DNA of 64,000 nucleotides from a virus, in the IMG/VR virus record IMGVR_UViG_3300023110_001943, positions 32,001 through 96,000 of that record. The stretch is one strand, 5' to 3'. The notes below the pieces were generated by a model, which made no database searches, was not told where the DNA came from, and saw only the letters and a program-made list of their open reading frames with translations. The position numbers and the translations under genes are program-made. Within the stretch, counting starts at the first letter, position 1. Every line of letters begins with the position of its first letter. Positions 9,185 to 18,280 of this stretch are shown in pieces.

Positions 9185-9399
9185 ACGAAATAGATTTACA
9201 TGGATTTACACATACCGAAGCTTTATTTGCAGCAGAGAACTTCGTTCTAACCCAATCACAAGACCCAATGTTTCAATGTAGAATCATTGTAGGTAATTCA
9301 TCACATATGCAAAACCTAATAACAGGTATGTTAGATATGCATAAATTTAGATGGTATATCCCAAGTTGGAATGTTGGTGAAATAATTGTTTCAAATTAA
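9181..9399 (+). CDS. Stand-alone Smr domain protein
   Basis: EIDLHG and IIVG motifs; ATG at 9181 overlaps the previous stop. Confidence 0.7.
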   Translation: MNEIDLHGFTHTEALFAAENFVLTQSQDPMFQCRIIVGNSSHMQNLITGMLDMHKFRWYIPSWNVGEIIVSN

Positions 9400-9403
9400 A
9401 TAC

Positions 9404-9898
9404 ATGAACTACATCAAAGATACATTATCGGAAAAAGAATTAAATTTTTTATTAGAACAACTTGATACAACAAAAGTTCTTACTGGTGAAGAACTAAATC
9501 CATTTAAAAAGGCACATCCATATGTTTTGAATAACCAAAGTGGATTATATCCAAACACCTTTACAGTTTATGATACAAATAATGAAACATTTAATAATTG
9601 GATATTTAATAAGTTTTCAAAAAATGAATTAGTTGAATCTATATACTCAATGGAGTATGGTAAAGAAGCCTTTTCAAAAAAGCATAAAGATTATTTAAGA
9701 AAGGTTTGTATTATATTAATAAATGATGATTTTGATGGTGGTAGATTTTTAATAGAAGATACAGATATAAACTTAAATAATTTAGGTGATTATGTTATAT
9801 TGGATGGCCAAAAATACAAACATGAAGTTACAAAAATAACAAGAGGATTACGAAAGGTTTTAGTTATCTTCTTTAGACCAAAACAAAACTTATTATAA
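9404..9898 (+). CDS. 2OG-Fe(II) oxygenase
   Basis: HKD...INDDFDGG...HEVTKITRGLRKVLV. Confidence 0.8.
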   Translation: MNYIKDTLSEKELNFLLEQLDTTKVLTGEELNPFKKAHPYVLNNQSGLYPNTFTVYDTNNETFNNWIFNKFSKNELVESIYSMEYGKEAFSKKHKDYLRKVCIILINDDFDGGRFLIEDTDINLNNLGDYVILDGQKYKHEVTKITRGLRKVLVIFFRPKQNLL

Positions 9899-9902
9899 AA
9901 AA

Positions 9903-9934
9903 TTTGGATAATTCAAAAAAATTTCGTATATTTG
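9903..9934 (+). promoter_or_regulatory. Bacteroidetes-type early promoter
   Basis: TTTG-N20-TATATTTG. Confidence 0.8.
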
Positions 9935-9960
9935 TAAAAATAAATTTAAATTAAATAATT

Positions 9961-10341
9961 ATGAGCGAAAAATTTTATGTAAGAAGGTGTGAGAAATACA
10001 CCTTATGGGAAGCAACAGAAGAACCGATTGAGGTTGATGTTGACAAACTAAGAAAATGTGAACCTCCTTATGAGGGAAATACATCAGAAGAACTTTGGGA
10101 CTATTTAGAAGCGAATATCTACAATTGGGATAACCAAGATGAGTTCATTGAAACTAATAAAGAAGTTTATGGTGAAGATGAATTACAAGACCTTTTATTA
10201 GAAGATGGATATCACGATAGAAAAATCTATTCTGATACAAGAGAAAAGTATGGAGATGATTGGGTAGAACTTGGACACAAAAACGAAGAGTATAGAAAAA
10301 CAGGTGGATTCCAATCTCTACATGATAATGGTAATTGGTAA
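9961..10341 (+). CDS. Acidic hypothetical protein
   Basis: ORF track. Confidence 0.65.
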   Translation: MSEKFYVRRCEKYTLWEATEEPIEVDVDKLRKCEPPYEGNTSEELWDYLEANIYNWDNQDEFIETNKEVYGEDELQDLLLEDGYHDRKIYSDTREKYGDDWVELGHKNEEYRKTGGFQSLHDNGNW

Positions 10342-10344
10342 GTT

Positions 10345-10509
10345 ATGAATATAGATAATATAAAAAACAGTTCAGAGTATATCTTAAATTCTTTGAACAC
10401 TTATAAGTTAGAAGATATCTCTGATGGTATGTTAAAAACTTATTTAATTCATGCAACAGGTATTGCAAACGAAATAGCAAAAGAACTTAATAATAGACAA
10501 TACAAATAA
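10345..10509 (+). CDS. Small hypothetical protein (54 aa)
   Basis: Read manually; fills the gap between flanking ORFs. Confidence 0.5.
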   Translation: MNIDNIKNSSEYILNSLNTYKLEDISDGMLKTYLIHATGIANEIAKELNNRQYK

Positions 10510-10512
10510 GTT

Positions 10513-11085
10513 ATGGCAATGGAAATGGAATCCTATGTGAGAATTCACAATGGAGATAAAAAAGTAGCTGAAAAATTAAAAGAGATATTTGGTAATGGGG
10601 ATTCATCAATTCCTCTTATCAATAATCTTTATGGTACAAACTATACTTGGGATATAGACCTAAGTCGAGAAGAAAACCAAGAGGCTGAAAACACTTGGCC
10701 TGATTGGGATTGGATGCAAGAGAATGTTGGTTCTAAATGGATTCAATGTGAATTTGATTACGATGATAATCCTGAAAACATTCACTTAGTTTTAACAACA
10801 GCATACTCAGTACCACAAGGTTATCTTAAAAAACTTTCTGAAGTACTTATTGATATCAAAGAAGATTGTTATATCACAGGTACATACGAAGAAGAATCAT
10901 ATGAACCAATGGGTGCTTTCCTTTATGGAAAACTTTGGGATGATATTGAAGATTACGATGATGTAATCGACCAAGATAAAATGTGGGAAGATGATTTCTA
11001 TATGGAAAAGGTTAGAGAAGAAGTTGAACAAATGAGAGTAGATATTGAAAAAGTTTATCTTGAAGATTTAGAAGAAAACGAATAA
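10513..11085 (+). CDS. YubB/DUF1281-like ferredoxin-fold protein
   Basis: WMQENVGSKW and TAYSVP resemble WxxxNWGTKW and TAWSPP. Confidence 0.6.
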   Translation: MAMEMESYVRIHNGDKKVAEKLKEIFGNGDSSIPLINNLYGTNYTWDIDLSREENQEAENTWPDWDWMQENVGSKWIQCEFDYDDNPENIHLVLTTAYSVPQGYLKKLSEVLIDIKEDCYITGTYEEESYEPMGAFLYGKLWDDIEDYDDVIDQDKMWEDDFYMEKVREEVEQMRVDIEKVYLEDLEENE

Positions 11086-11273
11086 TGAAAAAACTAATAT
11101 ATAAAATTACAGAAGATGATAAACAATATTCTTTAGAGTTTATCACCGATAGAACTCCTGAATGGACAGAGCAACAATATACAAGACATCGTATTAATTG
11201 TAAAATGGAATTAATTTCAAATGAAACCACAGAAGAAAAAGAACCACTATCAAGAGAAGTTAGATTGGGATGA
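11085..11273 (+). CDS. Hypothetical protein
   Basis: ORF track. Confidence 0.55.
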   Translation: MKKLIYKITEDDKQYSLEFITDRTPEWTEQQYTRHRINCKMELISNETTEEKEPLSREVRLG

Positions 11274-11392
11274 TATGACGTATGGTGAGGCATCTCATCA
11301 TATTGGTAAAAAAACTACCGAGAAAGTTCATAAATCCAAAAAAGATTATTCTCGAAAAGGTAAGTATAAAAAAAGATGGGATTCTTATTTAG

Positions 11393-12181
11393 ATGATGAA
11401 TAACATAATAGTAACTGGATGCTCTTACTCCACAAAAGCTGGAGTACGTTCTTCTTATGTGGATTTATTAAAATTACATTTAAAAAATACAAATGTAACA
11501 AACCTTGCATGGCCAGGTCAGTCTAATGATACTATTATTAGAAATGTTAAAGAACAAATACGAGATGGAGTAACCGATACTTTATTTATTTGTCAATTAA
11601 CTCATCTTCATCGAATATCTCAGTTTTGTCATATAAACCAAAAGTGGTTAGATTTCCAACCAGCCTATGTTAATACACAACCATTACTAAAGGATGATAA
11701 ATTACATTTCGAAATAATATTTTGGTATAAAGAAAAAAATAGACCACCTATCGGTAAAGGAAATTTTGGAGCAGTTGGGATATATGGAGCCACCAAACAT
11801 GCTGATTTAGATTTATCGGATGATATAACAAAGGAGTTATTGGATTGGTATGAAAAATATCTTTTTTATTTATATGATGATTCCAATGCATTTGTTCAAT
11901 TAAATCATAAAATAGATGAATTATCTAAACAAGTATTAGATAGTGGAAATGAAATACTTTATTTATATTGGCCAGAAGTTTTATATGATTCAACTTTATT
12001 TGATGATAATAACTTCTTATCGATTGATGGTGAGTATTCTATGTTAAAATGGTCAACTAAAAATAAATTAACCCAAAAATCAGATTCACACCTATCCACC
12101 GAAGGACATTATAAATTACTAAATAATATCATAAGTTATATAACAAAGACATCTTCCAATATACCAGTACCAATAATCTAA
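11393..12181 (+). CDS. SGNH/GDSL-hydrolase-like protein
   Basis: GCSYS, NLAWPGQSN, DSHLS. Confidence 0.7.
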   Translation: MMNNIIVTGCSYSTKAGVRSSYVDLLKLHLKNTNVTNLAWPGQSNDTIIRNVKEQIRDGVTDTLFICQLTHLHRISQFCHINQKWLDFQPAYVNTQPLLKDDKLHFEIIFWYKEKNRPPIGKGNFGAVGIYGATKHADLDLSDDITKELLDWYEKYLFYLYDDSNAFVQLNHKIDELSKQVLDSGNEILYLYWPEVLYDSTLFDDNNFLSIDGEYSMLKWSTKNKLTQKSDSHLSTEGHYKLLNNIISYITKTSSNIPVPII

Positions 12182-12205
12182 GTTATATATACTTATATAC
12201 TGAAA

Positions 12206-12279
12206 GGGGGATTAGCTCAGCTGGCTAGAGCATCTGATTTGCATTCAGAAGGTCATCGGTTCGACTCCGATATCCTCCA
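12206..12279 (+). tRNA. tRNA-Ala(TGC)
   Basis: G3:U70 pair; TCTGA-TTTGCAT-TCAGA. Confidence 0.95.
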
Positions 12280-12298
12280 CAACTGCCAGGCAAGCGTT

Positions 12299-12370
12299 GG
12301 CCCGTTCGTCTATCGGCTAGGACACCACCCTTTCACGGTGGAGAGAGGGGTTCGATTCCCCTACGGGCTA
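12299..12370 (+). tRNA. tRNA-Glu(TTC)
   Basis: CCACC-CTTTCAC-GGTGG. Confidence 0.95.
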
Positions 12371-12372
12371 CT

Positions 12373-12802
12373 AACTATCGTTCATTGAAATATTGTTTAA
12401 TTTAATAAAGAAAGAAAATTATGGAAACACTTTATATTGTTATAGGTGCATTCTCATCGATTTTTGTGTTCCTATTGGGGTACTCGGTGAGTGGTGTATT
12501 TAATGGTAAGAAAAAAGTAGATGACTTGGAAAAGTACATCGAAAGTACTGATATGAGAATATCAGAAGTAGAACGAGAATTAAGTCAAAGACTTGATAAA
12601 GAAATCGAAGATACACATCAAACATTTAGAGATGTAGAAATCGATTTAAGAAGTCAGTTAGATTCGAGACTGGATAAACTTACGAATCAAATTATAAAAA
12701 AGATTCCACCTACCAACGAAGAGTTGATAGAACGAATCAAAAAAATGGAAGAAGAATCTTATAGATTAAGAATGAATCTATAAGTAAATTAGAACGATAG
12801 TT
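12373..12802. repeat. Perfect 11-bp inverted repeat flanking ORF 12421..12783
   Basis: AACTATCGTTC (12373-12383) / GAACGATAGTT (12792-12802). Confidence 0.75.
12421..12783 (+). CDS. N-terminally membrane-anchored coiled-coil protein
   Basis: TM helix followed by a heptad-rich region. Confidence 0.7.
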   Translation: METLYIVIGAFSSIFVFLLGYSVSGVFNGKKKVDDLEKYIESTDMRISEVERELSQRLDKEIEDTHQTFRDVEIDLRSQLDSRLDKLTNQIIKKIPPTNEELIERIKKMEEESYRLRMNL

Positions 12803-12804
12803 TC

Positions 12805-12878
12805 GCCTCCATAGCTCAGTTGGCTAGAGCAGCTGATTTGTAATCAGCAGGTCGTGGGTTCAAGTCCCTCTGGAGGCT
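12805..12878 (+). tRNA. tRNA-Thr(TGT)
   Basis: GCTGA-TTTGTAA-TCAGC. Confidence 0.95.
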
Positions 12879-12890
12879 CAACATAATTTA

Positions 12891-12975
12891 GGAAGGATGG
12901 CAGAGTGGTCGATTGCACTGGTCTTGAAAACCAGCGAGGGTAACACCTCCGAGAGTTCGAATCTCTCTCCTTCCG
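12891..12975 (+). tRNA. tRNA-Ser(TGA)
   Basis: CTGGT-CTTGAAA-ACCAG, long variable arm, G73. Confidence 0.95.
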
Positions 12976-12979
12976 CTTT

Positions 12980-13053
12980 GGTCTGGTAGTTCAGCTGGTT
13001 AGAATACATGCCTGTCACGCATGGGGTCGCGAGTTCGAGTCTCGTCCAGACCG
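12980..13053 (+). tRNA. tRNA-Asp(GTC)
   Basis: CATGC-CTGTCAC-GCATG. Confidence 0.95.
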
Positions 13054-13073
13054 CGAAACAAAAATAAATTATT

Positions 13074-13220
13074 ATGAAAGATTTTTACATGGGTATCTTA
13101 TTATTTATATTGCTTGCATGGGGTATCTCTGTGGGTACACCATTAAACTTTATGGAATCATTTGGTACTGTATTTATTATGGTTCTTATAAAGAATTTAT
13201 ATGATGAATTAAAAAATTAA
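13074..13220 (+). CDS. Small 2-TM membrane protein (48 aa)
   Basis: Read manually. Confidence 0.55.
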   Translation: MKDFYMGILLFILLAWGISVGTPLNFMESFGTVFIMVLIKNLYDELKN

Positions 13221-13221
13221 A

Positions 13222-13428
13222 ATGCCAAGATTTCCATCTTATAAAAGACCTATTGATTATATCAATAACACTCCTTACTTAATTCACGCGGTCTATCCAA
13301 TTGATAGGGTAAAAAATGCACCAATGATAAAAGAGTGGTTGGGGGTTGATACCGCATTCAAGAGTAATAGAGATGGTACTTATATATTTTGTGAAGAGAT
13401 AAAGGAAGCAAATTGGGAACAAATATAA
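13222..13428 (+). CDS. Hypothetical protein
   Basis: ORF track. Confidence 0.6.
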   Translation: MPRFPSYKRPIDYINNTPYLIHAVYPIDRVKNAPMIKEWLGVDTAFKSNRDGTYIFCEEIKEANWEQI

Positions 13429-13437
13429 TTATATAAT

Positions 13438-13893
13438 ATGAGATGGGTACAATATTTTAGAGAACTGGCACATACAGTCAAAAAGAAATCCAAAGATGAA
13501 AACACACAAATAGGTGCTGTTATTGTTGGTAAGGATAAAGAAATTGTATCTACTGGATATAACTCTTTTCCACGAGGATTGGATGATAGTATTAAAGAAA
13601 GACAAGAACGACCTGAGAAATACTTTTGGTTCGAACATGGAGAAAGAAATGCAATCTATAATGCAGCAAGAATAGGAGTATCAACTAAAGGTTGCACAAT
13701 GTATCTAAGTTGTGGTATTCCATGTTGTGATTGTGCTCGTGGAATTATCAATGCAGGTATCACAAGAATCTTTTGTGAACGAGGTACAACTACAAAAGGA
13801 AATCATTGGGAAGAAAACTACGAAAGAAGTTGGAAGATGTTAGAAGAAGCTGGAGTAAATATTCAGTTTTATGATGATGAATTTTTAGGATAA
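13438..13893 (+). CDS. dCMP deaminase
   Basis: GAVIV, GYN, HGERNAI, PCCDC zinc motif. Confidence 0.92.
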   Translation: MRWVQYFRELAHTVKKKSKDENTQIGAVIVGKDKEIVSTGYNSFPRGLDDSIKERQERPEKYFWFEHGERNAIYNAARIGVSTKGCTMYLSCGIPCCDCARGIINAGITRIFCERGTTTKGNHWEENYERSWKMLEEAGVNIQFYDDEFLG

Positions 13894-13925
13894 CTATATT
13901 TATACGATACAAGGAGGTTGTATCA

Positions 13926-14090
13926 ATGGGATTCACAAGCGAAGAATATTCAGAAGAATTATTATATAAATCACATTCATTAGGAATTAAGGATGAATTG
14001 TGGAAAGTAGTTGAGCAACTCAGAAAAGATGACCCCTTTCTTACCATACACGAAGCAATAGAAAAAGCCTACTACACACTTACTAACTAA
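13926..14090 (+). CDS. Small late protein (54 aa)
   Basis: Read manually; ATATTTATA plus AAGGAGG upstream. Confidence 0.6.
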   Translation: MGFTSEEYSEELLYKSHSLGIKDELWKVVEQLRKDDPFLTIHEAIEKAYYTLTN

Positions 14091-14126
14091 TCGTATTCCT
14101 TAATATTTATATAAAAGGAATAATTT

Positions 14127-15257
14127 ATGTCTGTATCTCAATACTTACAAGAAAAAGGAAAACCAACTCGTAGAATTGTTGGAGGATTCGCTGGTGGTAC
14201 TCGTGAGGTTACTTATTTTGATTTAAATCCAAGAGAAAGACAGGATTATAATAGATGGCTAAATTTAAAACAAACAAACGCTTCTCAGATTAAACAAGGT
14301 TCTTTTACAAGTGCACTTTTTGGAAGAGGTGGTACGAATGTAAGTAGTGTAAATATTGCACCACCTGATTTATCATTCTCTACTTTTTTAAAAGAAAAAG
14401 GATATAAGAATTATGTAAGAACCGGCTTGTTTAGAAGAAAAAGAGCTAAAACAATAGGAAGAGCATCTTCCAAAGAAAAACGAGAATATGAATCTTGGAA
14501 GGCAGATAAACAATTCAAGTATAACAGAAAAGTAAAAGAAGCGGCAGAAAATAACGTTCGCTCAGCTGGAGGTTCTAATTCTTTTAATTTCGAAACCGCT
14601 AATATTGAAATCAAATCAACCCCATCACAAAGAGAGTTAGATAATAAAAAAAGATTAGAACAGATTGAAAGAATAGAAGCTGTAGATTTAAGTTTAGATT
14701 TAGGAAATTATATTGGTGATAAGACTTTAGAAGAAAGGTATCCTGGTTTAGTACAATCTATTGCTGAACAAGTAGTATCATATGGAAACACATTTAGAGC
14801 CGATGAAGAATATGCGGAAGTTGTAGTAACAAATACTATAAACAATGCTTTAGAAGTTGCTAATCACATTAATTGGTTAATCACTCCACCAAATAATATA
14901 ACCGATGTTGAACTAAGAAGTATAGATGAAATGGGAAGTTGGTCAGTACAAACAACAGAATCAGTAGGTCTTGGTACAAAATCAGATGGCACATTAAACT
15001 TAAATTTAAAAGAAGGTGAAAAACCTAAAGAAGTACCACAAAAAATATTTCCACGAGAATTATTTTCACCTATTTTAGAAATTAAAAAAGATGCTAAACT
15101 TATTGAAAAAACAAAAACACTTCCATTCGATGTTCGAAGTGGTATTGTTGGGTCTGAATTTTTAAATGTTAGTAGTAGATTTAGAACAACATCTCCAAAC
15201 CAATCACTTGATAACTCAGATGGTTTTAGAATAAAACGAACTCAAAGAATAAAATAA
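14127..15257 (+). CDS. Hypothetical late protein with duplicated basic N-terminal module
   Basis: SxSx(Y/F)LxEKG...ExxxYxxW occurs twice; late motif upstream. Confidence 0.65.
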   Translation: MSVSQYLQEKGKPTRRIVGGFAGGTREVTYFDLNPRERQDYNRWLNLKQTNASQIKQGSFTSALFGRGGTNVSSVNIAPPDLSFSTFLKEKGYKNYVRTGLFRRKRAKTIGRASSKEKREYESWKADKQFKYNRKVKEAAENNVRSAGGSNSFNFETANIEIKSTPSQRELDNKKRLEQIERIEAVDLSLDLGNYIGDKTLEERYPGLVQSIAEQVVSYGNTFRADEEYAEVVVTNTINNALEVANHINWLITPPNNITDVELRSIDEMGSWSVQTTESVGLGTKSDGTLNLNLKEGEKPKEVPQKIFPRELFSPILEIKKDAKLIEKTKTLPFDVRSGIVGSEFLNVSSRFRTTSPNQSLDNSDGFRIKRTQRIK

Positions 15258-15261
15258 GATT

Positions 15262-15615
15262 ATGATTGCAAGAACATATTCTACCGTAGATTGGAGAAAA
15301 TATTTATTGGAAGAATCTAGTCCAAGAGTAAAAACCTTTTTAGATAGTAGAGGGCTTGAGGTATTTAATCAGATTTGTTCATCTATAAATCAAGCTGTAA
15401 TTCATAATAGAGATAAAGTAGTAATGTTAATACATCCAAATGCTGGTAATGTTATATTGATTAACCGAAGTGAGTATATGGAAGTATATAACATAGCAAT
15501 GAAATGGTTTGAAAAAAATGAACACTATGAAATGTGTTCTACACTAAAATCTTGGAAAGATAACTTAAATAGCAAAAAGAAGTTTGCTAAAGAAAATATT
15601 AAAAGTTTTATTTAG
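15262..15615 (+). CDS. Hypothetical protein with UVR-like motif
   Basis: EHYEMCSTLKSW. Confidence 0.6.
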   Translation: MIARTYSTVDWRKYLLEESSPRVKTFLDSRGLEVFNQICSSINQAVIHNRDKVVMLIHPNAGNVILINRSEYMEVYNIAMKWFEKNEHYEMCSTLKSWKDNLNSKKKFAKENIKSFI

Positions 15616-15616
15616 T

Positions 15617-15625
15617 ATATTTATA
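15617..15625 (+). promoter_or_regulatory. Putative late promoter ATATTTATA (representative of 12 intergenic copies)
   Basis: Also at 2143, 13896, 14103, 17722, 26549, 40037, 40943, 44055, 56819, 58791, 59957. Confidence 0.7.
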
Positions 15626-15648
15626 TAAAAGAAAAAAGAAGGCCAAAT

Positions 15649-17556
15649 ATGAAAGGTACATTTATATCTGCAGACTTTGTTGAAGATTCTAACGGAAATA
15701 TAAAATTCTTAGAATTCAATACAGATACAGCTGCAACTCAGGCATTATTGAGTAACAACCCTTGGGTTAATCTAATAGAACTAATAAGTGGGTCTGCACT
15801 AACAGGTCAAGAAATTACAAAGTTTCATGTAATACACAAACCTTCGGTTCATCAAAATATTGTAAATAATCTATCACAATCATTAGCAGAATCTGCATCT
15901 CATATAACAAGTTTTACGGAACATCGAGAAGAACTTGAAACAATATATCCTACCAATGTTACTGATGCTGATGATACTTTTATTTTAAGAATAGCCTATG
16001 ATGAAAACGCGATATTAGATTCTACATATTGTAAGGATGGTACTAACGCTTTACGATTGTTTAATGAAAATAATGATTTAGATTCGGCAGTACCTTATTA
16101 TTATTCAAGTTCTACTGAAATTATAAACTCACTTAACATAACTTTAAATCCAAATAATTATCCTGATTTTGCTATTAAATCAAACAACCCAACAGATTCA
16201 GTTAATTTTTTTAAAGCAGGTCCAGTATTATCAGGTAGTACTTATGTTTCATCTTCAGAGTTTACTGGTGAAAGAATATCAAATTTTACTTCAAGTTTTT
16301 TTGAAGGCCTTCAAAATGAAAATACAGTTATAATGAACTATCTGTATCCATCGGAAACCGATACCGATGGTACAGTATCTTCGCTACGAACATATCATAT
16401 TACTTATGGAAATACTTTAAGTAGTATTCATCTTGGTGGATATCGTGTGTATGCACCACTTTCATTACCAACTGGTAGTCAAATAGATTGGAACGAAAGT
16501 ACGAGTTCCATAGTTGAATTAGGTAAAAAACATTATCATGAATTTTCAACATCTAATATCAAAGAAAATGCATTTATGAAACCAGGTGTATTTGAAACAG
16601 AAAAAATAGTATCATCGAGTGGTGAAACAATTGATGTTGAATTTATATATGAAAATTATAGTGGTTCAAATATAGAACTAAAAACAATATTCATTAGTGG
16701 GTCACCTGACACAGATTCACCAAGTGAGTATCTATCTTGGTATCATGGTGGAAACGAATTACCAAGTGGTTCTTTTGTAACCTCATCTAATGTTGTAAGT
16801 GTTATACGAAATACCGCAGTAGATTTTACATTAGTTGGTATAAATATTTCAGGTAGTAGTGAAATTCAATATCTTTCACCTATTAGTAATGTACTTGTAT
16901 ATGAATCATCTTCAAATGAAACAAAGTTCTTACCAGTAAAGCAAATTAGGTCTAAAGATGAACCAGGATATTTTGCATATGGTACTGATGGTACTCTTAG
17001 AAAAATTATAGATAATGAATATATAGTTTTAAACAACAACACTACTGGTAGCTTCTATTCCGTTGATGTAGAAACTAATGATTATTATTTTGTGAGTGAT
17101 TTTGCAAGTGTAGCGTTAGGAATACACAACAACTTTTGCTTTGTTGCTGGAACGGAAGTTTTACTTTCAAATAACGATGTTAAAAATATTGAAGATTTAC
17201 AAGAAGGTGATGAAGTACTATCATTTGATGTTGAAAATAATAAAACAGCAATATCAACAGTTGGAAAGATTAGTTCACAAGAGGCAAATCAGGTAGTGAG
17301 ATTAACGATAAATAATGAAAAAGTAATAGTATGTACCCCAGAACACCCATTCTATGTAGTTGGTAAGGGGTATCAAAAGGCTAAAGATTTAGATTTTGGA
17401 TTTGATTTATTAGATTCAAACGGAAATTCTCAATTTATATCTACGGTTGAGATATTGGATGAAACTCGCATGGTGTATAATTTACATAATGTAGAACCAT
17501 ATAAAAACTTTTTTGTAGATAATTTATTAGTACATAACAAACCAGGACCAACATAA
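15649..17556 (+). CDS. Circularly permuted ATP-grasp-like domain fused to two tandem Hint domains
   Basis: DF...LEFNTD, PDFAIK, VIMNYL, LRTY; Hint1 ends YSVDVETNDYYFV...IHN; Hint2 has CFVAGT, TPEHPF and VYNL...LVHN. Confidence 0.75.
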   Translation: MKGTFISADFVEDSNGNIKFLEFNTDTAATQALLSNNPWVNLIELISGSALTGQEITKFHVIHKPSVHQNIVNNLSQSLAESASHITSFTEHREELETIYPTNVTDADDTFILRIAYDENAILDSTYCKDGTNALRLFNENNDLDSAVPYYYSSSTEIINSLNITLNPNNYPDFAIKSNNPTDSVNFFKAGPVLSGSTYVSSSEFTGERISNFTSSFFEGLQNENTVIMNYLYPSETDTDGTVSSLRTYHITYGNTLSSIHLGGYRVYAPLSLPTGSQIDWNESTSSIVELGKKHYHEFSTSNIKENAFMKPGVFETEKIVSSSGETIDVEFIYENYSGSNIELKTIFISGSPDTDSPSEYLSWYHGGNELPSGSFVTSSNVVSVIRNTAVDFTLVGINISGSSEIQYLSPISNVLVYESSSNETKFLPVKQIRSKDEPGYFAYGTDGTLRKIIDNEYIVLNNNTTGSFYSVDVETNDYYFVSDFASVALGIHNNFCFVAGTEVLLSNNDVKNIEDLQEGDEVLSFDVENNKTAISTVGKISSQEANQVVRLTINNEKVIVCTPEHPFYVVGKGYQKAKDLDFGFDLLDSNGNSQFISTVEILDETRMVYNLHNVEPYKNFFVDNLLVHNKPGPT

Positions 17557-17559
17557 GAT

Positions 17560-17715
17560 ATGACAGATTTAGAATTACAAAATAAAATATATAGAAAAAA
17601 ATTAATAGGAACATCTTCGGTTGAAGTAGAAAGAAGTATAACTGATGATAAACTATCCGCTGCTAATACTATTGTAACAAATTTATTGGGATATATTTTA
17701 GCCAAACATTCTTAA
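17560..17715 (+). CDS. Small protein (51 aa) directly downstream of the Hint protein
   Basis: Read manually: MTDLELQNKIY...LAKHS. Confidence 0.6.
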   Translation: MTDLELQNKIYRKKLIGTSSVEVERSITDDKLSAANTIVTNLLGYILAKHS

Positions 17716-17749
17716 TACTTTATATTTATATTCGTAAAGATGTTACTTT

Positions 17750-18280
17750 ATGGATATAAATAAAATTGTTCAATTAAGGCTACTTAAAGAAGATTTCAAG
17801 AAACTCCCCTTCTCAGAAAACTACACTACTTTATTTGTAGATAAATCTAATTACCAAAAATTCATTTTGGAACTACTTCGCGTATCAGATTTGATGCATG
17901 AAGATTTTGAATGGAAAGGTATTCCAAACGAAGATACACTTCACCGAAGATTTAATCACAACTCACATTGTTTATTTTGGATTTATAATGATGAGCCTAT
18001 CGGATGGGCTTGGTCTAATTATAATGTTACACCATTATGGGAAGAATCTATCCAAGAATTATCAGAAGGTGAAATATACGGAGGTGGTGCATTCTTATCT
18101 CGTAGAGTAAAAAGACCTCCAAACTCTGGTCTTATATTCTATAACTTAACATTTGATTATTGGTTAAACGAAATGAATAATGATTGTATATTACAATACT
18201 CTGATGATTGGAATCGGGTATCATCAATCATGAGTTACAAAAATGGTTTTAAAAACTATAACTTTATAAAGGAAGAATAA
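17750..18280 (+). CDS. GNAT-like acyltransferase
   Basis: PIGWAW, IYGGGAFLS, DDWNRVS...KNGF. Confidence 0.55.
   Translation: MDINKIVQLRLLKEDFKKLPFSENYTTLFVDKSNYQKFILELLRVSDLMHEDFEWKGIPNEDTLHRRFNHNSHCLFWIYNDEPIGWAWSNYNVTPLWEESIQELSEGEIYGGGAFLSRRVKRPPNSGLIFYNLTFDYWLNEMNNDCILQYSDDWNRVSSIMSYKNGFKNYNFIKEE

Noticed and set aside
17137-17538. Hint2 as a mobile intein
   Set aside because: No homing endonuclease, the +1 residue is Lys and only 5 residues follow; it fits an autoprocessing Hint domain, not a splicing insertion in a conserved host protein
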